Counted from the first letter of the stretch, positions 27,101-40,057 are shown. The stretch: DNA of 64,000 nt from Lama glama (GCA_028534125.1 CM052832.1:6078001-6142000), one strand, 5' to 3'. Program-made: numbers and translations. The notes: generated from the sequence alone by a model not told the origin.

Positions 27101-28924
27101 TTGAACTACAATTTGAGAAAAATGATAATGGAGATGCATTATGTCTCCATATATATAACAGATTCAATTTATATTTCTTCAAAAATTCAAAGGACTGCTC
27201 AATACCATCATCAGTTTTTTTTCTTTTTTAAAGAAGTTGCATAGACATTAAAAAAAAAGAGGGGGGAGGAAGGGGCGGGGGAAAGAGACTCAAAGCAGTT
27301 GTCCACTTAACTCCTTCCCTCCAAACTTACATTTCTCAAAGTAGAACCTGACTGATTTTCCCCGTGAAGTCGGGCAAATTGAGCATTTAGAGTTTGGGTT
27401 ACTTTGCAGGTGGAAGTCCTTTCTCAACTGTCATCCTTGAACCTAAAAGAAATCTGAATTGTGCTTCCACTACGTTCAAGTCTCCTCATTTCCCGGTGTG
27501 GCACTGATCACACAAATTTGATATTGTTCGTTTTGAGAGAGGAAAAATTCCCTCCATCCCGTTTCCTGCTAACATTTAAATAAACGTCCCTCTACATGAG
27601 TGATAAACAGATTGCAAGTAGTTTGAATCTAAGTGGAGTATAAAACTTTATTACTCTGAGTTAAAATATAGAAATGCTTTTCATTTCACCTTGGGTAAAT
27701 TCTTCAATTTTTTCAACTGTTGATTCGCTCATGGCCACCTTTTCAGAATGCTCACATAGACATATTCCTTTTCTGGGAAAGAATAGAAACTCAGTAACGT
27801 GTACGGATTAGTTTCATTGTATCTTTGCCATAAAATTGTCCGTCTCCTCCCATACATCCCAGCTTTGGGCTTTTTTATTTCTGCTCCTGCTGCACAATCC
27901 TCCCAGTTTTTGAGCCGCAAAATCATTGTTAATTCCTTCCTCTCCTTTAGTCTATTTCCAGCCAATCTGCTTTTTCCATTGAATCTGTTCTATATGGAGA
28001 TGTAATGTATTTCTTTCCGCTTTTGAACTTGTGGAACTAGCTAGAAAAATTCAAGTCCAAACTTAACCCTCTCCCCCAAACTCCATATTTAGCAGTAATA
28101 ATTTCTAGCACTTCTGTGAATTTTCCCTGCTGCAATAGTCATGGACAATCCTTTTCTTTACTGACAGATATTTGAAAGAATAGGTTGACATTAACCATCA
28201 TGTTAATTTTTAGCATCTCCCAAGTGTGCACAGGACAAAGACCAAAGCACATTATTTTAATAAGAAAACAACTAGTTGGCACCTCTGCCTTAGTAGGTGA
28301 CCTTCAAGAGAACTGGGTATTGAGTCTGAAAGCAGGTAATTGAGAAAGGGTGCTATCTTGACGTAGAAGGGGTCAAGGAAAGCTAGAATAAGTGCAGCAT
28401 CAAAGGGCTCACACATGAATGGAGTGAACCAGATGGCCAAAGATGTAATGTCAACAGTGTGTGGCGGACCAGCAGTACCTAGAGGGTGGATGCTGCTGTA
28501 CCACAACCAGGAGACTCTGCCTCCCCTCACTGAGACAGAAAGGGATGCCAGGTCCTCACTCACATTCAGAAATGCAGGAGATGCCAGCCCATCCAAGGGA
28601 ATGCTCTGGCTGTTTCTACTTCTGAAGCTGTACACTGCCTCCTTTTCTCCCCACCCACATCCCGCAAAGGCATTTGGAACTCAACTCAATTTTTTTTAAC
28701 ACTTTTTTGGAAGAAGGGTGTTTCTTCTCTCTGTGATAATTTGATTCAAAACTCTGGGGATCCTTTATTTAGAAAAACGCACCTGCCCACATATTTCAAG
28801 GATTTCCAAGGCCTCTGGAAGGTCCTTCACAGACCCAACTCCGCGGATGCTGGGTTTGGAATCTTTAGTCTGGATTTCCTTAGGTGCATTCGTTGACCCA
28901 GAGGGTTTCAAATTTTGCCACGTG

Positions 28925-29105
28925 ATCTCCCCAAATCATCAGGAGAACTGAAAAAAAAAACAAAAAACAAAAAACAAAAAAACCCAGTGCCCAGGCCACA
29001 CCCTGTTTCGATTAAATCAGGATTTCTGAGTGTGGGACCACGCATCACCGTATGTTTTAGACTCTCCAAGAGATTGTACCGCGCACTCAAGTTTGAGAAC
29101 CAACT
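28925..29105. mobile_element. MER5A-like hAT relic just upstream of the promoter
   Basis: aatcatcaggaga...gcccaggccacaccc...aaatcaggatttctg...aagtttgagaacca. Confidence 0.7.
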
Positions 29106-29538
29106 CGCTGGTCTCTTCACGGCACGCAGTAGATCTAAATGTTTTATGTTCTTTGGCTGTCTTTAATCATTATGCCAGAAACAACAGAAAGGCGTCTGTC
29201 GCAGAAATAATTTACTAAGAATCATCTTAGAAAAAAGAAGTAAATTTGGGTCAGAAATATGTATGCATTCGCAGCGTTTTCCCTGGGTCACTAAGCTGCT
29301 GCAATCTCTTCAGCGAACGGCAAGGGGCACCCTCTCCCTCCTCGCGCCACCTGGAACGCCTTCCCATTTCTGATCGCACAAAGAGCCCGGCCTCCTTCGA
29401 GGTGACATCACAAAGGGCCGATCCCCCGCCCCTTCGGCGCCACCACGTGTGTCCCCGCGCCCGGCAGCCACCCGACTTAGTCCCTCGCCGGCCGGTCTAG
29501 GCAGCGGAGGGTGGTTGGCAGTGGCTGGAGGCTTCGCT

Positions 29539-29685
29539 ATGGGAAGTTGTTCCTTCGCTCTCTCGCGCCCAGGCCTCCTCCCTGGTTCTCCGCAGCCGCT
29601 GTCGGAGGAGAGCACGGGGAGGCGCGGGCTGCAGCCGCGGCTGCTTCTCCCCGCCCGGGCAGCCGCGCAGCTGGGCAGGTGCTGA
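29539..29685 (+). other. Upstream ORF (uORF1), 48 aa, in TNFRSF21 5' UTR
   Basis: gctATGg (G at -3 and +4) to TGA at 29683-29685; MGSCSFALSRPGLLPGSPQPLSEESTGRRGLQPRLLLPARAAAQLGRC. Confidence 0.6.
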
Positions 29686-29882
29686 GCGCCCCCGGAGCCT
29701 CCCTCACCGCCTCCCTCCTCTGCCCGGCCGTCCGGCTGCCGCAGTGCACATGGGGTGTTGGAGGTAGATGGGCTCCCGGCTCGGGAGGCGGCGGTGGATG
29801 CGGCGCTGGGCAGAAGCAGCCGCCGATTCCAGCTGCCGGGGGGCCACGCGCCCCGGGCGCCCCTCGAGCTCCGGGCTCAGCC

Positions 29883-29972
29883 ATGGGGACCTCCGCGAGC
29901 AGCAGCAGCACCGCCCTGGCCTCCTGCAGCCGCGTCGCCGGAGCCGCGATGATCGCGGGCTCCTTTCTCCTG
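29883..29972 (+). CDS. TNFRSF21: TNFRSF21 (DR6) coding exon 1, N-terminal part of signal peptide (MGTSASSSSTALASCSRVAGAAMIAGSFLL)
   Basis: gccATGg Kozak start at 29883; 90 nt, 30 codons resembling the human DR6 N-terminus (MGTSPSSSTALASCSRIA...MIAGSLLL); phase-0 donor CTG|gtgagc at 29972/29973; lies inside the CpG island. Confidence 0.96.
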
Positions 29973-32449
29973 GTGAGCGCTCGGGGAGGGGGAGATTCTG
30001 GGACCGCGGCCGCGCCGGAGCAGAAGGCGGCGGCGAGCCGGGAGCGGGGCGGCTCCCCCGGCCGGGGCTGCGGGGGGCTGGGGTCGGGCCAGCGGGGCGG
30101 CGGGGGTTGCAAGCAAGGGAGGGCGACACAGCCGGGGGCTCCGATCGGGTCATCTGGGGGAGCTGCGGGGCTCTACCCGGACTCGGGAATGAAGGCGAAT
30201 TGTTTTCCTTGCAGTCCGGCGGCGCTGGGAGAGGCGCTAGAGGTGGCCGCCGGGCTTCCTGCGCATTTCAGGGCTTTCCCCTTCCTCGACCCCTCCAGTG
30301 CCCCCATCTCCTCCGTGCACCCCCACAGCCACCAGCCGCTGCCCCCTCCGCGTGGCGTGGGGCTGGGGCGGCGGGTGGGCGCCGAGGCTCGCGGCGGCCG
30401 CCGCTTTGTTGCAGCTGCAGTGTCATGTCGGGATGCTACCGCAGTGGGAGACCGGTGCGCGCCCGCCACCGAAACCGCGGGGTGCGTCCGCGCCTCGCCC
30501 GCCCCAGGGGCGCCGAGCCCCCTCCCCCATCTCTCCGCCTTGGCTGGGTGGGTCCTGGTTTCCGCACGCCCAGGAAGGAACCCCGAGACCCACTCAGGCG
30601 CCTCCGAAGCGCCTGCCCCCAGCCAGCCAGCCGGCGTGCCGGCACTTGAGTGGGGGGAGGGGGCAGAGCGCTACATAAAGGAAGCTGAATTTTCCAGTCT
30701 TTCCCATCCGTCGCTTACCTGTGGCCAGGCAGGTGAGCCTGCAGGGTGGGGCAGCTGCCTTCTTCTGCACCGTGGCCGCATTCAGCTCCAGGGCGTGCCC
30801 TATAGCTAGTCCTCTCCATCACTTACCTGGTCAAAGCCTGAACGCACCCTTGACCCAAAACTTAGGCCCAACTTCCCCAGATCTCTTCCGCTGCTTTTCA
30901 GATGTTGGTGGGGATGGGATGAATTAGGGAAGAAAATTTATTTGATATCAAACCCAGGAGCTGCCCTAAGCTTCCCGTGCCTTTTTGTCTCCGCAAGGAA
31001 GGAAAGAGATTCTTAGCTAAGAACCAAACAAAAACAAAAGCAAGAGCCTGTTTTCAGAGCAGGGCTGTGTCAGGGGAAGGCAGGCTTGCTGTCTCCTTCC
31101 CGAAAAGGGCTTAATGCCTGGCCAGCCAAGAGCTCTTAGATCCCAGAGCACTGTAGTTGCTACGGCCTGGGAATTCATCCTACAGACACTCTGGTTCCCT
31201 GTGTGAGTGTGTGTTTTAAGGGGAAGAGAGAGAGACTTAAGAAAAGTTTGGTGCTGTTAGCATTTCTAATGAGGCAAGTCCCAATCTCCCTTCAAAGCTG
31301 CTTTCCTGCCCGTTTTATAGTAATGGCAAAGTCAAGATTTGTATGGGTGAAACCAGGGTGGTGGGTGGTGAGCAGTAGAAGGGGACCGTCTCCTTCAAGC
31401 AGTGAACCTGCATTGACAGTCGTGGTGGGGAGAGAAGACCAGCTAAGTCCAGGGGAACACCGATCCTAGTATCAGTGGAGTTAGGGCATCCTTGAGCTCT
31501 GTCTTTGCAGCCTCACATCTACTAGTGTACCTCCCCTGCTGTGTGTTGAGTCCTTTCAGCACATCTGATTGCTACGCTTTCCATAGAGTTCACTCCTAGG
31601 TTGAATCTTCATTCAGTGCGATATTTCATTAATTTTATGTTTCTGCATGAGATAGTTGCTTAAAGTAAGGTCTCCATGTAGTCAAAGCATGGGTCTCTTT
31701 AACCAACTGAGAAAGAGGATTCTTGTTCTTAAATCATTAAGTTCAGTTGACCTAAAAATTGTGCCCTGCATTTACAACTGAAGACTTGAGAATTTAAGTT
31801 TGGCCATCTTTTTTTTTGAAAAAGGAAATTTACAGTGGAATTGAGAAGCAATCTCCAGGTGTTAACTAAAATCAGAATCCTTATTCTCCTGATAATTATA
31901 AAAGAAAGGTTGCACTTCAGTTCGTGGAATGGCCTGGAGCTGACCTCTTTGCCCTGAAGGGAAACTGGAGGGGGTGGGCCAGGGGTCACCAGGGTGGGAA
32001 GACAATGCCTTTTATTTTTCCTGCTCTGCAAGTTCCAGTCCTCAGGACAGGCATTGTTGGCGTATAAAATGATGATTTTATGACGTTGTTATAAGGATTC
32101 TTTATCCCACTGGGATTCTTGGCCATGTGAAAATGGCAGACGCCAGGTCCTGGGGCCCAGGTAGGCACCGCAGTGTGTGTAGACCGCAGCTGGGGCCAGT
32201 GGCGGGTGGCGACCTACCCTGTCATTGCAGTTAGCTTAACAAATAATAAGCCCAATAAAATATCCTGTTTATTATGGCTTTCGGTTACCCCTCTTCTCTC
32301 AAATATCTCCGTTTGGTGTGACAATATTTGTTATTATCCTCATTTTGGACACTTTTTTCTTGTGATGACAGGCTAACTGAAAGAACTTACTATAAACTTT
32401 AAAAAACTTACAGAAGATATGATATGTGAACATAATATGATATTATATA

Positions 32450-32481
<32 letters not shown>

Positions 32482-35400
32482 AAACCGTATGTCAGGTGCT
32501 TTATACAGAGTATCTCTTTTACTCCCAACATCTCTGGGAAGCAGGTGGGATTAGCTCCATTTTACAGATGAGAAAGTGGAGGCTGCAAAACTTCATTGTC
32601 CTGGGCCACCCAACTCTCAAGTGATAATGGCACTGGGACCTAGGACTGCCTGCCTCCCCTTCACTCCTCACTCCTGGGCCACTCTGTGATTTCACAACTC
32701 CGAATTGCTGGATGATGAAACGTAAGAGCAGAGAAGGCTGTCTGGGGGAGAGTTGAGGCGGGTGGTTTGGCTCGCTGCGGAACGTTAATGAGACTTACAT
32801 GAGCGCCTTTGGACGAAAGTGTTCTTGCTGCTTGCGCTTCTGGGTCTGAGGTGTGGAGGTGTCTGCAGGATACTGGAAAGTAAACCACAGACTGAAAAGC
32901 ACAGCATCGTGTGTTCCCGGCCAAGAGTCCGGAGAGCAGGTAAGTGAGTCCTTGAGGTCTGTGCCAGTGTGAAGGAGCGCCCTGGAAGGGCCTGCCTGGT
33001 GTGACCTGCACACTCAGACGTGCCTGCTGCCCTCAGGGAGCTTGCTTTGCCCGGTCAGATAGAACGCTGGCAGTGGGGCAGTCAGAAGGAAGAGAAGGCA
33101 CCACTGATAGGGAAATGAGGTCTGAAATGCTGGAAACCACTAACCTGCACGTCTTATGAATTCCAGATAGGAGGACAGTTGTAGTCAGAGCCTTCAGCTG
33201 TGTGCCAGCCTAGAAGGTCCCAAGGACCGATGTTTGTCACTGTCACGGAGACTTAGACGTCGAGCTTAGTGCCACCTCCTGACCTTTGCTCATCAAAGTT
33301 ATCTAGTATGTTGGCATTTGACTTTGGCTATTTGGGTAGATGTGGAGGGGCTGGTCAGGGCTGAAGTCCTGCATGGACTTGGTGACAAGTTCAAGGAGAG
33401 CTCAGAATTCAAGCCGATGTTCTGTCCAAAAGATTTTCTCCTTTCTATATACCTTAACTCCGCAATCCTAGAATGTGAAAGCCGGAAGGGAAAACTGGAG
33501 GGAATAAAACAGCCTAGATTGGGGAAGTACATTATTTTTTCATGTTGACAAACCTACGTTGAGTGCTTACTCTGAGAGAGGCACTGGACTAGGTGGCGGC
33601 ACACAGGGATGAATTAGTATTTGAATCTTGCCCCGCGGATACAATTTATCTGCTGTATGAAACATACATGGCTATCAGTTGTGCTGGTTGGGTTTCTCGT
33701 GTTTAGAAAGAATCAGTGGATAAATGTACTATACTCAAAGTAATACACAAAATGTAATGGATGTTAAAATCTTTAAATTATTTGAAGTAGTTTTGGCTTT
33801 TAGCCTGAAAGTCTGAAGAAGAAAACTTGGTGCCAAGTCTCAGAGTAACATACATTAGCCTCGGTAGGAAAAGTGACTTACAAGCAGAAGAATGGGGTGT
33901 GCAGACTTGTACTGGGGGGCAGAGTTTCTCACTTACCCCGTGAATCTCCCATCTCTGTTACCAAAATGTTTAGAATGAGATCGAACTTTCTCATCTGAAG
34001 TGTTTCTAAAGGCATATGGCTGAATCGGCCTCAGGTTTGGTCCAAAACAACCTACAGTATAAAGGAAATACACAAACACACCAAATCAGCAAGAAAAAAA
34101 AAATTTCTTGTGATGGAACATATATACTACCTTAAGCTGAGAAAAAACACCTGAGACTAAATCAGCATAGATCCACCAACTGGCTAAATTACATATTTTT
34201 GTGTGGCTAAATTTGGATGAAGTCTTTCCAGTGGGGTGCGGCCAGCACAGTTAATGCTGAATTTGCCAGCACTGTTTGCAGAAGGCCCCTCGCTCAAGGT
34301 GTGCCCTTAGTGGATGGGGTGAGCGGCGTGGGCTGTGGGACTGGCTCCAGCAGGTGCTCTGTGTCCTGTCTGCTTATGGATCAGAATGCAGAGACTTTTT
34401 TTTTTTTTTTTTTTTTTTTACACTTGACTCCATCTGTGAGGAAGAGAGGTAAAGTCTGTTTGGAGATTCCATAGACAAGTTACAAATTGATTTTGTCCTC
34501 AGCTGACCCTCTATGAAACAACGTAAACTCTAATTGGCTTAAGTAAACTTTTATTTTTTCGGGGGTGTGTGTGATGGGAAAAGGTCAGATGCATCATCAG
34601 ACTATTTGGGGCCAGTGTGAATTGAGTGACTTTTCTTTTTGTAAATGGCAATGCCTGTTTTCCAGTAAGCACTAGCACTCAGCTGGCCCTCTTTCCCCAA
34701 GCAGGCCTGGCAAATTCCAGTGATGCCAGGTCACTGGCAACTTCCTGGAAAACTCAGATGCTTCTCTTGGGTGACAGGTGTCTCTCCTCAGCTTTGGGCG
34801 TTTCCTGGATGACTGTTCGGAGCAGATGCGGTCTAGACCATCAGGCGCAAATCTGTCTGCCTGGCCAAAGGAGAACTGAAGTTGCAATAGGAGTCAGCTG
34901 GTCCCCCGGACTGAGTCCCCGTTTAGTGATGGCAGGACACTGGGCTTTGTCACTGCTGGAGCGGCAGTTGCTGGGCTCTGCTTCTTTAGGAATGAAGTGA
35001 CATCATGAATGAATCCTGGCCTCGCCCCCGTGTTTGTATTTGTCAAGCATCAAAAAGTTCCCAGGCATCCTAAGTGGGCTTGTGTGATGCTACCTGGCTT
35101 CTCTACCCCCTCCCATCTCCAGCCTGAGTCCCAGAGGAGAGGAGCGGGGCAGCGGTTAGAAGTAGGGAGGAACCTGGCAGACATCAGTGTGTGCTGAACA
35201 CTCACGGGGCTGCAGAAATGTGGGGCTCACAGGGATTTAGGCTGTTAATTCAGAGCAGTGGTGACCTCACTCTTCTTGAGGGATGCTGAAGGCCACCGGG
35301 AATGGTCCATTCGCTTGGATTCTGGCTATCTGGAGTTTTCCCACGTGTCAGCACTCTGGCCTTGGAGTGACAGATGCGTGCAGTGGTGGGAGAGTTGTGT

Positions 35401-36204
35401 TCAGAGAGCCCTCAGGCAGGGTGGGATTGGGCAGGGCATGGGTGAGTGGGTGGGTAGTCAGGGCCCCGAGCTATAGCCCCATCTTCTATTGAGACTATCC
35501 GAACATTTTGTCGAAGGTGCTGTTCTAAACTAGAAACCGAAACAAAATTTAAAGAAAGGAGAGGGGGCTTAGTAAGCAAAATCACAGCAAGCCTCATTAT
35601 CTGATCGTGATAGAGTCTCCCATTTGCTCTTTTGCCACCAGGACTGCTTGGTGGCTCTGTCCCCGGGGTGGGTGCCATTTGCAAATCTGTTTTGGGAGAA
35701 GGAACATGGGTTTCGTGGATTTAGGAGAGAGGAGAGGAGCGAGCCCCTGAGTCCTGGGTCCAAGTGAGAGCAGCTGTGCATTCAAGAGGGCTTTGTCTCT
35801 GACAGCCCAGAGGGGAGGAATATTAATGGCTGTTAAATTAATCATAGATAGATACTTGTAAGCTCCTCTTTCCTGAGTACGTGCATTGACATTTGGTTGA
35901 ACGCCTTCCACCAGTGATGGCAGGAAATCTTCACATCCATGAGGTAGTGGCATCAGCCCCATGTTACTGGTGAGGAGATGAGGCTGGGGAGAGGTTCCGG
36001 TCAGGCAGTTGGCAAGTGCCAGAGAGAGGATTCAGATCTTCGTACCCACCACTTTTCCTGCCAAAATGGGGGCAGGAGACAAGGAACCTGCACTTACTGG
36101 AATTCTGTTTCCCATTCAAGGAATGATTTTCCCTGAGAGTTGAATATTCTCTTTCCATCAGGTGAGCAATTCTGCTCCACTGGAAGATTATAAATTAAGG
36201 GCAG

Positions 36205-36206
<2 letters not shown>

Positions 36207-36254
<48 letters not shown>
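36207..36254. repeat. (TG)24 microsatellite in intron 1
   Basis: Direct reading, perfect 48-bp run. Confidence 0.97.
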
Positions 36255-36256
<2 letters not shown>

Positions 36257-37527
36257 GATGTGGGGGCGTGGAACTACTGGCATGCGTTTTCCTCTGGCGT
36301 GACTCTACGGGGCCATGGTGCCATGGCTAAGATGGAAAGATACTCTTTCAAATTGAAGTGTTATAAATAGGGAACAGAGGCTTTGCTTTCCTGTTACTTG
36401 GGTCATTTTGAAAAATATTTGCTTAGTGAGTAAGAGAATGACAGGGTTTCTGCTGAGCCGTGTAGTTTCAACTCATCCTCAGAACCTGAGGGCCTCTCAG
36501 GCTGTCCTCTGCTGCCAGCCTGACTATTTGTGTAGGATTAGGGCAGGGGTTTGCATCATCCGTGATTAGTCTTTTCTTTGTGAACTTCTCATTTCGGGTG
36601 TCTCAGAAGCCGGTTGGACTCCATGAGTTGCACAGTCTGATGTGGGATGTGCCTGTGTGTGGTTTACCACACCGTAGCGCTCTCGTGAGCCGGCTTTTCA
36701 GCATATATCTTCACAGACTGTAGAAGCTGAGGAGACCTGAGAAAGGCAAAGGGCGAGAAGAGATTTCATCATTGGTTCTGGGTCCCTAAAGAGCCCTTCT
36801 GAGACAAGACCATTCTTGGACTTTGTCGTAGGTATGTCCAGGTCGGCTCAGTCAGGCTTAAGAGAGGCAGCAGGGTTGAAGGGGGCAAAAGTTTCAAAGG
36901 CAAATGATGATGGGTTCCCAGAATAATCTAACTGGTTATTAGTCACTTTTTGTTCTTCCTTTACTTCTGGAAGTCCACAGCCCCCTCTCTCCTCTTTGGT
37001 TGACATCCTGCATCCCTGATCCAGGAAAAGTCCCAAATCGGACAAAGTTTGGGTATGTTTCCCTTCTCACATGGAATGCTTAGGGCCAACGGTGTTACTC
37101 GGTTTCAGCTTCTTACAGACAACGGACAGTGTGCTGTTCATCTTTGCATTGCTGGCTCAATGCCCCGACAGGTAGTAGTTAAGCAATAAATGATTGTTGA
37201 ATGAATTCCAGAAGGATTTTCCTCTCAACTAACTGTTCATTCATCCTAGGCAAGTGGGGGAGTAGTGGGAGCTTGATCTCCTTTTCAGTGTTTGAGCTAC
37301 AACTCGAGGGCATTGCAGTTTTTAACGAAGAGCATTTTAAACATAAGCAAGTTGACAGGCTGGAGGAACCTAGCGGGTACGGAATTCTCTTTATGTGTCT
37401 TCCCAGTTCATTCTTATGCTTTGATGGTATACAAACAGTTCTGAATGGTGAAAACTAGTATGTATATACTTGCCTGTGCCCTGTGTTTCTTCGTGTAACT
37501 ATCTTCTGTGACCCTGCAGACATACAG

Positions 37528-38450
37528 TTCTATTTTTTATTCATTTAGTAAATATTTATGGCGCATCTGTTAAATGCCAGGCATTTCTAGACTCTGGGTA
37601 TATGATAGTGAAAGGCTAGTAATGGTCCCTCCCTCTTGGAGTTCATACTTTATCAGGGAAGACAGAAGGGCTGATGTTTAAGGACTGAACTTCTTAAAGA
37701 GCAGAAGGAAGAATATTCTCGGAAGGGGGAACAGCACGTGGGATGGCCCAGAGGTAGGAAAGAGGCTATGTGTTCAGAGACTGGAAGGAACGCCTCTGTG
37801 GTTGGTGCTTAGCAAACAGAAGGAGTGTGGATTGGGGTTGATGAGGTAGGCAGGGGCCGGATTGTACAAGACCTTTAAAGATGTGACCACGTCAGGATAT
37901 TATTCAGAGTACAGTGGGAAGCAGGGTTATAATAGTTTTTTAAAAAAATCAAACATTTTTAAAGATGACTCTGGCAGTTCTGTGGGGAGTGGGTTAGAAA
38001 GAGGAAGCATAGATGGAGGAGACTAGTTGGAGTCGTTTACCATAGTTCAGGGGAGAGATGATGGGTCTGGGCTGGTGGCAGTGAAGGTGGGGGTCATCAG
38101 ATTTGGGATTTTGGAGAGAGTTTACTGACGGTGAGATACAAGAGATAAGTGAGGTGAAAGGAAAGGAGTCATCAAGGCTGACTCTTGGCTTTTTTAAAAA
38201 TTAAGTTTAAAAAACTTTTTTTGGGGGGGGATGGTAATTAGGTTTTTGTTTATTTATAATGGAGGTACTGGGGATTGAACCCAGGACCTCATGCATGCTA
38301 AACATGCACTCTACCACTGAGCTATACCCCACCCCCTGACTCTCTGCTTCTTGAGCTGAGCCTTTGGTGGTCTGATTACTTTAAAGGGGAGACTGAGGAA
38401 GGGGTGGGTGGGAGTGGGGAAAGTTTGGATGTGGTTTGAAGTCCTTTGAT
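37528..38450 (-). mobile_element. L2 element interrupted by a SINE
   Basis: ttattcatttagtaaatatttatggcgcatctg...gatgactctggcag...atcaaggctgactc, typical reverse L2. Confidence 0.7.
38190..38335 (-). mobile_element. tRNA-Ala-derived SINE (Vic-1-like)
   Basis: Reverse complement gggtatagctcagtggtagagtgcatgtttagcatgcatgaggtcctgggttcaatcccagtacctcc + aaacctaattacc + A-tail; degenerate TSD ctgactct..gctt. Confidence 0.88.
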
Positions 38451-39029
38451 TCATGTCAGTTCAACCCTCATGCCTGCCATTTTTTAATGCCACCTCGCCT
38501 CTGGCTGGCAGTGTGTTGAGTCATCCTACTGTTTGTTGGACACTTGGGTTGTTGTCATTGTCTTCTGACTGCCAGCAAGCAACACTAACAAAGTTGTCGT
38601 TGTACAAAACAATTGCTCTTTTTCCTTTTGGGTTGTTCCCAAAACTGAGGTGTATCTGATGTGTATTCCCCAAAGCGGGATTGCTGGGTCACAGGAAATG
38701 AATGAATGGCTTTCTGACTCTTGCTGTGTGTTGCCAGACTGTCTTTAGAAAGACTGAATTCATTTAGAGCATCACGAGCAGCTTGTAAATGTACCTTCTA
38801 CCCCACAAGCTTGCCAACGTTGGAGTTTATCACTTTAATTTATTTATGCTGCTTTAATATAGATATGGAAGTGTCTTTGGTTGTGCAAATTTACATTTCA
38901 GTAGTTGCTAGGGATGTCGTAAATGTATTCACGTGACAATTGCCTTTGTAGTTACTCTGCCTGAACTATTGAGTGGAATTTGTGTTAATCTTATTTGTAT
39001 TAATTCTTTACGTTTTCAGTTATACGCCT

Positions 39030-39262
39030 TTAAAAATTAAAAAAAAATTTGATTGAAGTATATTTAGTTTACAATGTGTCAATTTCCGGTGTACAGCATA
39101 ATGCTTCAGTCATATGTATACCTCCATATATTCCTTTTCGTGTTCTTTTTCATTACAGGTTACTACAAGGTATTGAAATAGCTCCCTGTGCTCTACAGTA
39201 GGGGCTTGTTGTTTATCTATTTTATATATAGCAGTTAGTATTTGCAAATCTCAAACTCCCAT
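39030..39262 (-). mobile_element. 5'-truncated L1 3' end
   Basis: ttgaagtatatttagtttacaatg...caaactccc; degenerate TSD agttata(c/a)gc(c/t)ttta. Confidence 0.85.
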
Positions 39263-39361
39263 TAGTTATAAGCTTTTATTAGTTGTATATGGCATGTATT
39301 TTTGCAACCTACTTTTAACATTGTTATATTTCATAACGCAAAAATTCAGGTTAATACTCTT

Positions 39362-39500
39362 TTTTTAATTGAAGTATAGTCAAATTATAGTACGTGTTAG
39401 TTTCTGGCGTACAACGTAGTGATGCAATTATACATATGTATCTTTGCATAATCTTTTTCATTAAAGGCTATTACAAGATACTGAATATAGTTCCCTGTGT
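39362..39500 (-). mobile_element. 5'-truncated L1 3' end
   Basis: TSD aggttaata(c/t)tctt at 39348-39361 and 39501-39514. Confidence 0.85.
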
Positions 39501-39739
39501 AGGTTAATATTCTTAAACCCATTTTGTTTTTTGTCTGAGAGTATCTTCGTTTTCGTTGTTGATTTAAGAGTCCGAAATTGATCTTACAGATGGGCTAAAT
39601 AAACGATTCTTACTACTTTTCTGGACTTCAGCATGGGTGGTGTGAGCACTATATCACTCTGTTCTACAGGATGATCATACTCCTTGTGTGAGTGAAGGGT
39701 TTCATGGTCAGATAAGTCTGGGTCCAGCTGAGTCACCAT

Positions 39740-39845
39740 TTTTTTTTTTAACGAAGAATAGTCAGTTTACAATGTTGTATCAATTTCTGGTGTACAGCAC
39801 AATGTTTCAGTCATACATGTACATATATATCTGTGTTTTCATATG
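39740..39845 (-). mobile_element. Very short L1 3' end
   Basis: poly(T)+atagtcagtttacaatgttgtatcaatttctggtgtacagc. Confidence 0.75.
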
Positions 39846-39979
39846 TCACCTCTTTCTACAGCTGTCCTGCTGGTCCTCCTGGACCCATCATCAGGCCACT
39901 GTCTCTCTGTCACTCTCACTGTCACAATTGTGTCTCTCCAAGAGAGGGCTGCAATTGGAGCATTTCCTAAACTTTTAGA

Positions 39980-40057
39980 CAAGGGGTTGATAAACTTGAT
40001 CTGTCAAGAGCTTGATCATGTTTTTGGCTTTCTGGGCCCTGCCATCTCCATGGAAAC
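39980..40057. mobile_element. MER58-like fragment cut by the gap
   Basis: caaggggttgataaactt...ggctttctgggcc resembles the MER58A terminus. Confidence 0.5.

Larger units (their letters stand above)
29330..30700 (+). promoter_or_regulatory. TNFRSF21: CpG island / promoter and 5' UTR of TNFRSF21
   Basis: Abruptly GC- and CpG-rich block around exon 1; TGACATCA (CRE/AP-1-like, 29403), GC box CCCCGCCC (~29423), E-box CACGTG (29444); no obvious TATA box. TSS probably near 29440 by recalled similarity to the human mRNA 5' end. Confidence 0.9.

Noticed and set aside
30270..30281. NF-kB-like site AGGGCTTTCC in intron 1
   Set aside because: Mismatch to consensus and easily expected by chance in GC-rich DNA.
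29511..30809. 432-aa ORF and other long overlapping ORFs on both strands of the CpG island
   Set aside because: Stop codons are rare in very GC-rich DNA; only the 30 codons of DR6 exon 1 are supported, and the rest is Ala/Gly/Pro/Arg-rich chance translation past the splice donor.
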